Virus record (IMG/VR): IMGVR_UViG_3300046333_000120
Length of the DNA: 64,000 bases
Origin: a virus
Direction: 5' to 3' (one strand)
The notes under the pieces were generated by a model. The model was not told the DNA's origin, made no database searches, and saw only the letters and a list, made by a program, of their open reading frames with translations. The translations under genes and the position numbers were made by a program. Within the stretch, counting starts at the first letter, position 1. Every line of letters starts with the position of its first letter. This document shows positions 1 to 11,401 of this stretch, in pieces.

Positions 1-774
1 GAAACTCCAGGTCCATACCAATGGAAAGAACTAAGAACCCAAGAATGGAATGATGGAGAAGAAATTAATTGGGATATGATGAGAGTAGGTGCCGATATTA
101 CATCTTCATTTAAATTTGATATTAGACAATCCGGTGGATATTCTAATGGATATGCATTTTTTATAAAACAAGTAGATCCTATTACCAATGCCGAGATAAT
201 AGATTCGTATGAAATAATATCAACGTATCCTATTGATAAATATGATTTAGTAGCATGGAGTAATATTGCAGATGAACTCTCTGGATTAGATCCAATTGAG
301 CATCCAATATTAACAAGATTTAATTACAATGCAATATTAAAGGATAATGGCGGTGATGGTATTGAAGATGAATGTACCTATATTTTAGTAGTTGGAGAAG
401 AACCTTCTAGAACCAATGATTTTGAAATTGCAGGATTTTTAAATTCAAATGGAGGCGCAATCGTTTCTGGATCTGAAGTACATTTTACAAGTTATAATCC
501 AGATTTTAATGATATATGTATAATTGATACCCATATGGAAGTAAATAGGTTAAACCATGTTACCTTTTCATATGACATTACTAATATGCCTGGTATTATT
601 TCACAAAAATGGACACTAAAAAACAATAGTGAAAATGTTAATGATATATATTATAGTAATACGTGGCTAACATACCTATTTAAATATAAAGGTGATTACA
701 CGATAGAACTTGAATTAACTGATGTTAATGGAAATAAAAACAAAATAAATAAAAATATATTAAAAATCATTTAA
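1..774 (+). CDS. C-terminal part of a virion structural protein (5' truncated by the window)
   Basis: Frame is open from base 1 to TAA at 772-774; C-terminal 'KGDYTIELELTDVNGNKN' resembles a PKD/Ig-like strand; lies in the structural gene block. Confidence 0.55.
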   Translation, partial: ETPGPYQWKELRTQEWNDGEEINWDMMRVGADITSSFKFDIRQSGGYSNGYAFFIKQVDPITNAEIIDSYEIISTYPIDKYDLVAWSNIADELSGLDPIEHPILTRFNYNAILKDNGGDGIEDECTYILVVGEEPSRTNDFEIAGFLNSNGGAIVSGSEVHFTSYNPDFNDICIIDTHMEVNRLNHVTFSYDITNMPGIISQKWTLKNNSENVNDIYYSNTWLTYLFKYKGDYTIELELTDVNGNKNKINKNILKII

Positions 775-775
775 A

Positions 776-1339
776 ATGGCAAGTATAACAACTATCTTAG
801 GAACCGACAGTGTTTCCTCATCAAGAATTGTAATTAACAATAACTTTAGTGCAGTAAATACCCAACTTGGTAACTTTGCATCGGTGTTAAATACAACAAA
901 TCAAACATTATCATTAACTGGAGAAGTTAAAGGTGGTACTTTTAGAGCAAATAATGGTACAATAGACACATTGGTTGTTTCTACAACTGATATCACTGCA
1001 AATGTTGAATCTATATTTAATAAAAAGGTAACTTTACAAGATGCATTAATTTTAAATTTAGAAGCTGGAATTACTACAATTCCAACGACTGGATATAAAT
1101 CATCTACGTATGTATTGGGTACATTTAGTTCTCCAATTTTACTTCCATCTGCTGAAGATGGTCAATTAATCACATTAATTGCAGGTGGTGGAGTAATAAA
1201 TTTAAATATTAGTAATATCCAAGGTCCTACTGTTGTTCAAATTAAAGCATCTGGATCTATTACATTAGTTTATTCTGCTACAATTACAAAATTCTATGTA
1301 GTTTCAGCAGTAAATGCTACTGTAACATATGCACCTTAA
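776..1339 (+). CDS. Putative short fibre/virion appendage protein
   Basis: T/S/G-rich beta-type composition; N-terminal 'ILGTDSVSSSRIVINNNF' resembles the N-termini of the fibre proteins at 11402 and 12798. Confidence 0.45.
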   Translation: MASITTILGTDSVSSSRIVINNNFSAVNTQLGNFASVLNTTNQTLSLTGEVKGGTFRANNGTIDTLVVSTTDITANVESIFNKKVTLQDALILNLEAGITTIPTTGYKSSTYVLGTFSSPILLPSAEDGQLITLIAGGGVINLNISNIQGPTVVQIKASGSITLVYSATITKFYVVSAVNATVTYAP

Positions 1340-1360
1340 TAAAATATAAACATACAATAA

Positions 1361-3292
1361 ATGGCAACACCATTAATAAGAATACCTCAAGAGCAAGGAG
1401 GAACTATGTATGCATTTTCAGGTGCAGCAAGGGACTTAACACGTGCATATTATAATCCAGATATCAATTTTGAATATTCAAAGTTTGCACTCGTGGATAT
1501 TCCAGTAGTTGCAGCTCCTTCTGATGGTGAAAATTATATCCAATTCGAAAATTTGTTTGAAGGTGGAGCTTCGCCAGCTGCATCATACATTCCTAATGCA
1601 GATGCAAATGTTAGTTTTGCAGAAACATTACAAAACTATGCATTGAATTTTGAAAATTTCATTTTAAGTGATGATGATTTTGATCCTTCAATATATGCAT
1701 CTGACGCTGAGAAAGTTTTCTTTAAATGGCTACATCATTTAGGTGCCTTTGAAGTTAAACCAGCAACTTCACAACAGGTTGTTTCAGGATATTCTAGAGT
1801 AACCGAGAATGAAGATACTACAAATACTGGTAATAATTATAGTAGAGTAGTAAAGTACCTTGGAAACATTGATGTGTCTAATGACAAGAATTATCAAGGA
1901 AATACTTATAATGAAATATTTGTAAATGTTCCATCGTATGCAGGATATAGTCCTGACGTTTTATTTAAATCTTCAAATTACAATACATCTGCATCAAATT
2001 ATTTACCAGATTCAGAAATAAATGGTAGAAATGGACAATCGCATCCTGACATTAATCTAACGTTAGAATCGCTTGCAGATAATGAAAATGGTACTATAGA
2101 TTTAAATCCAGCCACGACATATAATTATGGAATTGAATGGAACTCATCTATATATGCTAAAATAGCAAATGACCCTACTTTAAATAATTTTGGAGATTAT
2201 TCAAAAAGAGGTGGAGATTTTAGATTTAATGCAATTTTAGTTTACTATGATTTGTATTCTAAATCAAATGTAGTAAATAGATCAACAAATCTATATGGTA
2301 TAATAATTTTAGATAATTTTAAAAATGATCCTAATTCAACTGGATGGTATATTCCTGAATTAACAAAATATAAACCGAATGATGTTACTGGGTTAAATGG
2401 TAATGCATTTGCATTAAAGCTTAATGTTAAATTTAATTCTTCATTAGATAATGTTGGAGTTGAGGCTAATATTAATGACTTTACAACATTTTCAATGGAC
2501 ATTTTCTTAGACACAACAACTTCTTTAGAAAATGCTGCTAGATTAATGGTAGAAGCTAATAATAGATATGCAAGTATCGTTGATAGATTAGCAACTGTTG
2601 AAGATTTATTAATGACGTCAGGGGATGCTGCTAATTTATCGATTAGGGTGAATGCACTAGAGAAATCCCTAGAGGATGCCTCTCTTAATTATGCTAATTC
2701 TACATCTATTTTAGATATGATTACCTCAGTTAACTCTAGATTAAACCAGGTAATCAATGGAAAGATACCTACTGAAATACAATATAATACCGATGTTATA
2801 TCAGGTGGAGATGGAATGACAATAGATAAATCGAACCAAACATCTATAAAATTAGTAAATACAAATTATGGATATACATTAAATGATGTATTTGAATATG
2901 ATTTTATTTCTGCAATTACTGGAAATTTAATTGGATCTTCTAATTTATTTAACATGTCATTAACTGCGTCTAAAGGACTTATTACAAGAGTAAGACCTTA
3001 TGAAAATTTAATAAGAATTCATGCTAATACTGTGGTATTATCAGGAGATTTGAATATATACTTAGATGATAGTATTAATACTTGGAAAAAAGGACAAACA
3101 ATTAAGTTCTCTTTCAAGAATTTATTACCAACACTAGGAACCAACAAAATTAACATATATACAGATAAACAAAATGGGTGGCTATTAAAGGCAACATTAG
3201 ATACATCAAATCTATTAAGTCTAAAACCATACGTTGAATTAATATGTGTAGACCAAACAAACAAGACGTTTGAACTTGAAATTATAAGATAA
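1361..3292 (+). CDS. Putative virion structural (baseplate/tail) protein, 643 aa
   Basis: Long ORF in a tightly packed structural operon; coiled-coil stretch around aa 390-465; no enzyme motif recognised. Confidence 0.45.
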   Translation: MATPLIRIPQEQGGTMYAFSGAARDLTRAYYNPDINFEYSKFALVDIPVVAAPSDGENYIQFENLFEGGASPAASYIPNADANVSFAETLQNYALNFENFILSDDDFDPSIYASDAEKVFFKWLHHLGAFEVKPATSQQVVSGYSRVTENEDTTNTGNNYSRVVKYLGNIDVSNDKNYQGNTYNEIFVNVPSYAGYSPDVLFKSSNYNTSASNYLPDSEINGRNGQSHPDINLTLESLADNENGTIDLNPATTYNYGIEWNSSIYAKIANDPTLNNFGDYSKRGGDFRFNAILVYYDLYSKSNVVNRSTNLYGIIILDNFKNDPNSTGWYIPELTKYKPNDVTGLNGNAFALKLNVKFNSSLDNVGVEANINDFTTFSMDIFLDTTTSLENAARLMVEANNRYASIVDRLATVEDLLMTSGDAANLSIRVNALEKSLEDASLNYANSTSILDMITSVNSRLNQVINGKIPTEIQYNTDVISGGDGMTIDKSNQTSIKLVNTNYGYTLNDVFEYDFISAITGNLIGSSNLFNMSLTASKGLITRVRPYENLIRIHANTVVLSGDLNIYLDDSINTWKKGQTIKFSFKNLLPTLGTNKINIYTDKQNGWLLKATLDTSNLLSLKPYVELICVDQTNKTFELEIIR

Positions 3293-3293
3293 T

Positions 3294-6200
3294 ATGAGCG
3301 CTAGCAATTCAATATCACAATTACTTGAACAGTTTTTGGAGTTAAACACTAACTCATTAGAAACTTTTAATAGAATTAATGAAGCAATAACCACCAATAA
3401 AGAAACGGTGGTTATTGACCTTTATAATAGTAAGACAGGGTCCATGGAGACCATTCAAATTCCAGCATTTGGATATTTGAAAAGAGAAATTGAAAGGTTA
3501 AATAATAATATTAATTCTATCAGTGGTCTTGAAGGATCTGATGCTAATGTAAGATTAAAGGATGGTTCATATAGAACTATTCATACTGCACGATTAAAAG
3601 GACCATCGAAAGATATTACTTCGCTTGCTACTCCAACTACATTTACAACTAAATTAAATGAATTTTTTGAGGATTTTCTTAATCCATTATTAACAATTAA
3701 TCTTGATGTGACTGGTCAAATTCCAGTAGAGACTGAAAAGGTTTATGTTGAACGTTTTATTTTCGATTATGAAGATGCTGCAACTAGCACTGCATTTGAC
3801 GAAATTTATAAAGGTGGAAGTGAAATTGATTATAGCACATTTAAAACGACACTGATAGATAAAGCATATAAGTATTATGTAGATGCTGAAGTATTAGAGA
3901 TGCCAATGCGATTAATACAATATAGTGGAACATTTGATGTTACCAAAATTGATAATGCAGAAAAGAATTATGTAATTGATGGAGTATCTCAAACCAAAAC
4001 AGTAAAATTATATACTGTTAATAAATTAACTTTTACTGATTCTGCAAAGGCGCTTAAAGATACTGAAACTTTAAAGGTTGGTGATTCATTAATTATTAAT
4101 TCAGGCAATTATAGAACAAGATATCAAATAGTTTCCATAGATAATTCAACATCGCAATTAGAACTTTTATTATTGGAAGGCTCAGAGGTTGTAAGACTTG
4201 GAGCAAATCAACTTGGAATCTATAAAGACGTAGATACTAATTTAGATATTGAAGTTAAGGTTGGATATAATGAAAGACAAATTGTCTTTGTAAAAGCAAT
4301 AGATCCTAACTCTAAAATTCCAGCGGAGAACTTTTCTCCTGGTGTTGCATTCTATTCGAATGAATTAGAGATTACAGATACTACCGGAGCTTCAATGACA
4401 TTGGCTCAATATTATAGAGATCAAGTTTCTGATTTTGGACAATTTATTAAATCTTTAAAAGTAGATTATATTCCACCTAGTTCAGTTGGAATAGTTCCTG
4501 ATGCTCCTGTAATTGACACAACAAATTTTAAAGTTGTTCAAATTAATAAGCATCTTACCGATAATACTAATACTAATAAGATTAAACAGTTAAAGTCTGA
4601 TAAAGTCGCAACTGATCAATCCTTAAAGAAATTAGATGAATCGATTAAACAAAAGAAATCTTTAGTAAATACTAAGAAATTTTCTTCAAGTGCAGAAAAA
4701 GATACACATATAAATGAGCTTAGTTCATTAATCTCTCAAAGAGAATCTGAATCAAAATTATTTTCATCTATTGTAACTGAAATTAAATCATCGGCTGAGT
4801 CTGCAGATTTACAAACAGTAGCACCTAAATTTAGAGTTAGAGGATTTTGGTCAATTCCAGATCCAAAGAAAATAGGTAATGAGGTTTCGCAGGAAGTTGT
4901 TCAATTTAAAATTAGATATAGATATGTTTCTACTTCTGGTAAAACAGCAGTAGTAGACCAAATTAAATTTACAGATTCAACAAATCAAACTGAAAAAACT
5001 GCGGCGTTCTCGAACTGGACTGAAGTATTAGGACCAGTTAGAAAAAGACAGATGAATACTGAAGGAAAATACGTATGGATTATAGAAGGAGAAGAAGATG
5101 CTGACGCAGTTAACTTCAACTCATTCGATCTTCCTATCGTTCCTGGTGAAATTGTCGAATTTATGGTTAAATCTATTTCTGAGGCAGGATTTCCAGCAAA
5201 TCCAGTTGAATCAGCATGGTCAGATATTAATAAAATAGAATTTCCTGTTGCTGAAATAAATACAGATGTATTAGGTGATACTATAAAGGCAAATGAAATG
5301 GATGCCTTAAAGGTGTCTATTAAAACAGATTTAGAATCTGCGGGAGTTTATAAGCATGTTGAAGATTCGTTTACCACAGGTGACACAACATATTCACACA
5401 GTGCTAATTCAATTGCTTCTGGGTTTTTAACAGATCAACAAGCTCCAATTTCAGTATATGAAAAGTTATTAGCTCTTCAAAATGAAGTATTGAGTTTACG
5501 TGCAGTTATCGAAAAAACTACAGGAGAATTATTAATAAGAATTATTGATGAAAATGGTAATGTAACGCCAGTAACTAATAATACTACAGTTCAATTGTTT
5601 GCAGGATATTACGTGAATGAAATTCCTACAACAAACGGTAAAGGAGCAATAGTTACTAAAAACTTTAAAATTGAATTATCTAATACTAAAGCCTCTGACC
5701 TTGAATTAATAAGTAGAATAGTTGGTGATATTACACAACCTGCACCTGTTTCTACGAATAACACTCGATTTGGTAGTGGAACTGGAACTCCTGATGTTAT
5801 ATACAATAGTGATTATTATAGACAAGAAGCAAGATATGATTTAGTTCCTGTTGTTTATCAAAATATAAATGGAGCTACTGATGCTATTTATTTCAATAAT
5901 GGACCAGATCAATCTACACAATTAAAGGGACAATTCATTTATTCAAGATTCAGAAATATAGCTAATGATGATAATTTATATGTTATAACAGAGGGAACTA
6001 TCGGAGATATTGATCCTAATTCAGGATATGGGTATGACACGTATGAATATGGTCTTAATTTTAATTATTCAACAGTTCCAACGGTATCAGGTGCAGGAAT
6101 TACAAATTTTGATAATGCTATTATTAGCAATTGGAATCCAGACAATGGTTCTACTGATTTTATATGGTCAGGCGGTTTTTCAGGAACAGTTCCTCAGCGC

Positions 6201-6932
6201 ACTGCAGTATCTACGGTTACTAATGCAAAATATGATGCTGGAATATTTATGCATTCATCACACTCATTATTACAAAATGGTGCTACAACTCCATTGGATA
6301 TTATTAGTAATGGATTAGTTGGCATGCCAAAAACAGCGCCAAGAAGATCTACCGATATGCATGGAATTAAACAAACTCCGCTTAGAATAATAAATACTAT
6401 AACGAATGCAGGTGTATTAGGTCCTAGATCTACTTGTAAAAATGGATTTTCACCAGAAGATCAGTATTTATTAGGAGGAAGATCTTGTGGATCTTTCTTA
6501 TACATGTCACCACTTAATATAAATTCATTAGTGGTTTCTTCTTCTAATAAAAATGGAAAGAAAACAATTCCCGGAGGATCTGCAAATGCAATCACTGTCG
6601 ATTTAATATTTCAATATAGAATGACAGATTATTATGGATCTGGAGATACTGGAACAGGTAGAGTAGGTGGAGTACTTGCAAATACTCTTACCAACTTAAC
6701 GTATTCTAAAAAAATAGGTATAGATATTTTAGATTTTTCAAATACTGATTTCCAATTTGATGTTGAAGTTTATGCGAAATATACCACACAAGGTAAAAAC
6801 ATAAATAATATTACAAGTTCGATGCTAACTAATTATAACACTAATGCAACCGGTGGTTTAAGTGGTGGCAGAAGAAAATATTTAAGCGATAATACTATTA
6901 ATTATTCATTCCCTGAAATAAACCAATGGTAA
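3294..6932 (+). CDS. Large virion structural protein with coiled coil and FN3-like segment, 1212 aa
   Basis: Central coiled coil (KIKQLKSDK...EIKSSAE); FN3-like 'IRYRY...VKSISEAG...SAWS'; structural context. Confidence 0.5.
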   Translation: MSASNSISQLLEQFLELNTNSLETFNRINEAITTNKETVVIDLYNSKTGSMETIQIPAFGYLKREIERLNNNINSISGLEGSDANVRLKDGSYRTIHTARLKGPSKDITSLATPTTFTTKLNEFFEDFLNPLLTINLDVTGQIPVETEKVYVERFIFDYEDAATSTAFDEIYKGGSEIDYSTFKTTLIDKAYKYYVDAEVLEMPMRLIQYSGTFDVTKIDNAEKNYVIDGVSQTKTVKLYTVNKLTFTDSAKALKDTETLKVGDSLIINSGNYRTRYQIVSIDNSTSQLELLLLEGSEVVRLGANQLGIYKDVDTNLDIEVKVGYNERQIVFVKAIDPNSKIPAENFSPGVAFYSNELEITDTTGASMTLAQYYRDQVSDFGQFIKSLKVDYIPPSSVGIVPDAPVIDTTNFKVVQINKHLTDNTNTNKIKQLKSDKVATDQSLKKLDESIKQKKSLVNTKKFSSSAEKDTHINELSSLISQRESESKLFSSIVTEIKSSAESADLQTVAPKFRVRGFWSIPDPKKIGNEVSQEVVQFKIRYRYVSTSGKTAVVDQIKFTDSTNQTEKTAAFSNWTEVLGPVRKRQMNTEGKYVWIIEGEEDADAVNFNSFDLPIVPGEIVEFMVKSISEAGFPANPVESAWSDINKIEFPVAEINTDVLGDTIKANEMDALKVSIKTDLESAGVYKHVEDSFTTGDTTYSHSANSIASGFLTDQQAPISVYEKLLALQNEVLSLRAVIEKTTGELLIRIIDENGNVTPVTNNTTVQLFAGYYVNEIPTTNGKGAIVTKNFKIELSNTKASDLELISRIVGDITQPAPVSTNNTRFGSGTGTPDVIYNSDYYRQEARYDLVPVVYQNINGATDAIYFNNGPDQSTQLKGQFIYSRFRNIANDDNLYVITEGTIGDIDPNSGYGYDTYEYGLNFNYSTVPTVSGAGITNFDNAIISNWNPDNGSTDFIWSGGFSGTVPQRTAVSTVTNAKYDAGIFMHSSHSLLQNGATTPLDIISNGLVGMPKTAPRRSTDMHGIKQTPLRIINTITNAGVLGPRSTCKNGFSPEDQYLLGGRSCGSFLYMSPLNINSLVVSSSNKNGKKTIPGGSANAITVDLIFQYRMTDYYGSGDTGTGRVGGVLANTLTNLTYSKKIGIDILDFSNTDFQFDVEVYAKYTTQGKNINNITSSMLTNYNTNATGGLSGGRRKYLSDNTINYSFPEINQW

Positions 6933-6965
6933 GACATTGTTTAGATTAGTCCCAACTATACAAGG

Positions 6966-6974
6966 GATATATAA
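6966..6974 (+). promoter_or_regulatory. Putative late promoter GATATATAA
   Basis: Recurrent intergenic motif 24 nt upstream of the ATG at 6998. Confidence 0.6.
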
Positions 6975-6997
6975 TCTAAACAAAAAGAGTCTTATAC

Positions 6998-9900
6998 ATG
7001 GCTAACATTAATACTAATATTGAAAACAGTTCAATAGATGATAAATCATTTGCACTTTTAAGAACAAACCCTAAGTTAACAAGCAATGCAAAATTGCTTG
7101 TTAACGACAATGGTGATTTATTCTTAAGTTCTTTTAGAGCAAATAAGGAACTTTCCAAAATAGAATATCAAAAGTATGCAGTGTCTTCTGATGGAAGATA
7201 TTCAGATGATATTGCTAAGTTTTATAAAGGTCTTCCTTCCACACAAAAATACCAAGTACTTAGATCTAATTCAGACACCACTGTATTTTCTGACTATAAA
7301 TTTCAATATGAAGATCAGTATCAATATGGAGCTATTCATAATATTACTAAATTATATGATGAGCAATATAAGATTTTTGCTCCAATTTGGCTTGATAAAA
7401 AGATTCCAACGAATTTTGTTGTATATCGAATAGAGGACGTTGATTATTCTGTAACATTTGATGAAAATGTACAGGGTCAAAATTCAAGAATAAAGGAATT
7501 ATTAAAAAATGCCACAATAGTAAAAACATTTGATTTAAGTAAAAGTTCAAATATTGGTAAGTATTTGAATAATCATATCAATGATAAGTTATTTCCTGAA
7601 TCAGCCCTTACTATTAATTTTACAGAAGGATCTCAATCTACATTTAATGGAATTGATTTAAATAATGGCGGATTTGTAAGTAGAGCTGAACAATTAGATA
7701 AGTATTATACTCAAATAGATTATCCAGAAATATTTAGTAATGAAATAATAACACAGGGGTTTGAGAGAAATGAAATTGCAATCGCGAATATAATTAATCT
7801 TGAATTTTTATTTGATGATATTAATGCTGATAATTATAAAATATACAGATATTTTGGATTATATACAGATTCATATGAAGAAGGATCTTTTGATAGTGAA
7901 GGAATGAGTTCTTCTGGAGTTATTAATGTAAATTCAACTAGTTATTCAAGTGTTTACGATACAGATCAGTATACAACACCATTGACTATGTTTCCATTAT
8001 CTAGCGAGTTCGATATTCCATGTATAAGATGGGTTAAAGATAAAAATGGTACTTTTTATAATTTAAAGAATGCAGTTAACTCACCATATTATAGATTAAT
8101 GATTTCTCATAATAATGTAAGCGCTGATATGTTTACAGGGTATGCTAAAAATGGTAAAAGTATTATAACATCAACAAATACACCTAATCACAGAGGATTT
8201 ATTAAGTTTACTGTGACAGCGGTACCTAATCAAAACGATAGACTTTTTATATGTGATAAAACTGAACTAGGAATTTCAAAATATAATTTAGGAGATTATA
8301 TTGTTATTGCAGATCCTTCTATTTTACCAGGAAGAGCGAATGGTAATAAATTTTCAAATCAAGGTAGTTTACAACAAATTGCAATGGCAATTTCTGCAGC
8401 AATACGAAATGGAGAAATAGTGACATATGATGTTACGGTCGATGGCACATCTATTATTATTGAAGATTATTCGGCAGGTAATAGAAGAAGACAAAATGCA
8501 TTCGGAATTTATAATTTAAATTTTGTTAATTTTATTACAATTGATTCTGGCGAGTTAAACAATGTTGGTCTAGTAGATTCAATTGTTCCTCCTAGTACAA
8601 ATACAGTATTTAGTCACTGGAAAATATATACAATGATTGGTGGTTCAGATGAGGGACAAGCAGTACTTGTAGATTCAAAGGAAATAGGAAATATAAGTGT
8701 TGGCGAATGGGTAAAACAAAAGGATTCTAATGTATTTGTTCAAATAATTGAAATAGAACAAGATCCATTCGATACTAATTTTTATAGAGTGGTTTTAAAT
8801 ATTCCAGTTAAAGTATCTAACGATAATACCTTTGAAATATATGAACCATACCATGTTTCACATGGTGTATTTGCAGCATACGATTTTAAAGATTTTGATT
8901 TTGATTTTTATTCTACAAAAAATTCTAAACTAGGAGATTTATTATATGATGATAGCATAGTTTCTACATCAACATATGATGGATTAAATGGAGTATTAGG
9001 TGCCGAGACTATATATGAAGATAGTGTGCAACAGATTATAGAAAGTGAATATGATAGACTTAATGAAAATCAATTAAAAGAAACTGCAATATTGAGCAGG
9101 GTTGTTCCTACTATTTGTAAATTTGAATTAAAAGATGCAACTAATGCTAGAAATCTTCCGTATGTATTAAATGTAAATGAAGCATTCGGCGAAGATAATC
9201 TATCACCAAACATTGAAATAGAGTCTGGAAGAAAGGTAGAATATATGAATATGGAACACTTTCATATTAATAAAATACCTACTAGATTATATGGAAATGG
9301 TCAATTAGATTTTAATAATTATTTAAATTTTAACGCCGATGCTGGTTTAACATTAGATAGATTAAAAAATACTAGTTTTAATTATTTTGATGTTCACTTT
9401 AATTGGAATGGATATTATGATTCAGTCGATAATATATGGTATGATAATACTTATAAAAAACTTTGGAGTAAATTTGATATAGGAAATTCCGAAAGAAATT
9501 CTTCTGCAGTATTTAGAGGACTTAGATATTCTTATTTAAAAAGAAAGGAAAATCAAAAAGAAGTACCTACTGAATTTATATCAGATTCAAATGTTAATGA
9601 TTATAAATTTGGTGTAGTATTTAATTATAATAGTGGATCTAACATTGAAACTAATGGGGTAGATTTTAATGTTATTAAAAATGATGTTTTTAAATTTATA
9701 TGTGTTGTAGTTGAAGTTAACATGGTAGAAAACGATGTTGAATATATTGATAGATACCAAATGTATTCTTTAACTGATATCATATTAAATAATCAGGTAT
9801 TAGATACAAATATACCTTTTTTCATTGATTTTGATGGTTCAAATTTTAGTCCTTCTAATCCAGATCAAGAATCAATTTTAGAAGCTTCGCAATTTTCAAT

Positions 9901-11398
9901 ATTAGATGGTAGTGCTAAATTTAAAAAAGTTATTACACAGAATGAGTTTGGAGAATATTCATGGATATATTTCAATACACTTGGAAATATCTATGCAGTA
10001 AAGGTTGTTGAAGTTATTGATGATTCGCATGTTAAAGTAGCTGGATGGCCATGGAAGTTTGATACTATTTCAGGAGAAACTATAGTTCCTTCTGTTAGAC
10101 TGAATCCATCTAACTTTTCTCTTATTGCAATTAATGGAGAATTTAAATATTCAAAAGGAGGCAGAAATGGTTTTACAAATATCTTGAATGAAACAAATGC
10201 ATATAACTTTGCTAAGAAATTTAACCAGTATGGTAATATAAATTATGCTACAGTTAATATTGATTCTAGTGTTACTCTTAATGATTTTGTGTTAAATATA
10301 GAATCAGGAGTTGATATTATTAAACCATCGTTAATAAGGTCAGAGACTGACCCATATAGACCTAAAGCATATCAATTATCTGCAGGGGAGATTGGAAGTA
10401 TAATAACAGATAGAACCGATGGAGGTTATATAACATTATTACGAAGAATGAATGGTGCTTACAATCCATCATTTAATAATATCATTACATTTTCAGATAG
10501 GTATACAAACCATAAAATTATATTGAATGGAAATAGTGTACGAACTAAATTAATTTATAAAAAGTTTAATAATATTTCAACAGTATTTGATTCGCATAAG
10601 GGAATCGACACTAATTATGGATATATTAACAACTATTTTTTCCATAAAACCAATGCAGAGGATTCTAAAAATATATTAAAACTTTCACAAACATCTGATA
10701 AGTTACCATTATACCCTAAAATCGGAGAGGTTGCTATTGATAAGAAACAAATCAATATGTTTAAATCTAAATACACATTAGATTACTTTACAAAATCCCT
10801 GTCAGGTGGAAATAGTGAATTTGTAAATGGAACATTAAGTCCAGTTGAAAAGAAAACATTTTTATCTTCCACTATAATGAAAGTTAAAGATACGTATGAC
10901 ATTACAAAGTATACGAGTACTCAAGAATTTTCATTAGATGCATTGGATAAAGTTAGATTAAATTTATTAAATGTATCTTCAATACATTGGTATGAAGATG
11001 ATTCAGAAATTATAGCAGATATTTATTTACCTGATGCTATTTTATCAGAATTAATAGAAGACGGAATTGCTACTAAATTTAAAAATTATGTAGTGCCTGA
11101 AAACTCATATGGAGATAAAACAACACTAGATGATGATTTAAAAATATATGCAGATTACAATATTTCTCCAAGATTTATTATAGATGCAATTACAATATAT
11201 GGAATAGAAGGTAAAGATTTAAAAACTGAATTCTACTCTACAAAATACGTATCAGAATTAACTGATGATGGATTTAAACCATTAACTAATTACAATATTC
11301 AAAGTTATCAAAACGATGGATTAAGTTTTAGATTAATATATAATAAGAGAAGCGGGTATTTTTATAATTTTAAAATACACGTTAAAATACAGGCTTAA
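6998..11398 (+). CDS. Large virion structural protein, 1466 aa
   Basis: Uninterrupted ORF in the structural block, preceded by the late motif; no family recognised. Confidence 0.45.
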   Translation: MANINTNIENSSIDDKSFALLRTNPKLTSNAKLLVNDNGDLFLSSFRANKELSKIEYQKYAVSSDGRYSDDIAKFYKGLPSTQKYQVLRSNSDTTVFSDYKFQYEDQYQYGAIHNITKLYDEQYKIFAPIWLDKKIPTNFVVYRIEDVDYSVTFDENVQGQNSRIKELLKNATIVKTFDLSKSSNIGKYLNNHINDKLFPESALTINFTEGSQSTFNGIDLNNGGFVSRAEQLDKYYTQIDYPEIFSNEIITQGFERNEIAIANIINLEFLFDDINADNYKIYRYFGLYTDSYEEGSFDSEGMSSSGVINVNSTSYSSVYDTDQYTTPLTMFPLSSEFDIPCIRWVKDKNGTFYNLKNAVNSPYYRLMISHNNVSADMFTGYAKNGKSIITSTNTPNHRGFIKFTVTAVPNQNDRLFICDKTELGISKYNLGDYIVIADPSILPGRANGNKFSNQGSLQQIAMAISAAIRNGEIVTYDVTVDGTSIIIEDYSAGNRRRQNAFGIYNLNFVNFITIDSGELNNVGLVDSIVPPSTNTVFSHWKIYTMIGGSDEGQAVLVDSKEIGNISVGEWVKQKDSNVFVQIIEIEQDPFDTNFYRVVLNIPVKVSNDNTFEIYEPYHVSHGVFAAYDFKDFDFDFYSTKNSKLGDLLYDDSIVSTSTYDGLNGVLGAETIYEDSVQQIIESEYDRLNENQLKETAILSRVVPTICKFELKDATNARNLPYVLNVNEAFGEDNLSPNIEIESGRKVEYMNMEHFHINKIPTRLYGNGQLDFNNYLNFNADAGLTLDRLKNTSFNYFDVHFNWNGYYDSVDNIWYDNTYKKLWSKFDIGNSERNSSAVFRGLRYSYLKRKENQKEVPTEFISDSNVNDYKFGVVFNYNSGSNIETNGVDFNVIKNDVFKFICVVVEVNMVENDVEYIDRYQMYSLTDIILNNQVLDTNIPFFIDFDGSNFSPSNPDQESILEASQFSILDGSAKFKKVITQNEFGEYSWIYFNTLGNIYAVKVVEVIDDSHVKVAGWPWKFDTISGETIVPSVRLNPSNFSLIAINGEFKYSKGGRNGFTNILNETNAYNFAKKFNQYGNINYATVNIDSSVTLNDFVLNIESGVDIIKPSLIRSETDPYRPKAYQLSAGEIGSIITDRTDGGYITLLRRMNGAYNPSFNNIITFSDRYTNHKIILNGNSVRTKLIYKKFNNISTVFDSHKGIDTNYGYINNYFFHKTNAEDSKNILKLSQTSDKLPLYPKIGEVAIDKKQINMFKSKYTLDYFTKSLSGGNSEFVNGTLSPVEKKTFLSSTIMKVKDTYDITKYTSTQEFSLDALDKVRLNLLNVSSIHWYEDDSEIIADIYLPDAILSELIEDGIATKFKNYVVPENSYGDKTTLDDDLKIYADYNISPRFIIDAITIYGIEGKDLKTEFYSTKYVSELTDDGFKPLTNYNIQSYQNDGLSFRLIYNKRSGYFYNFKIHVKIQA

Positions 11399-11401
11399 TT
11401 A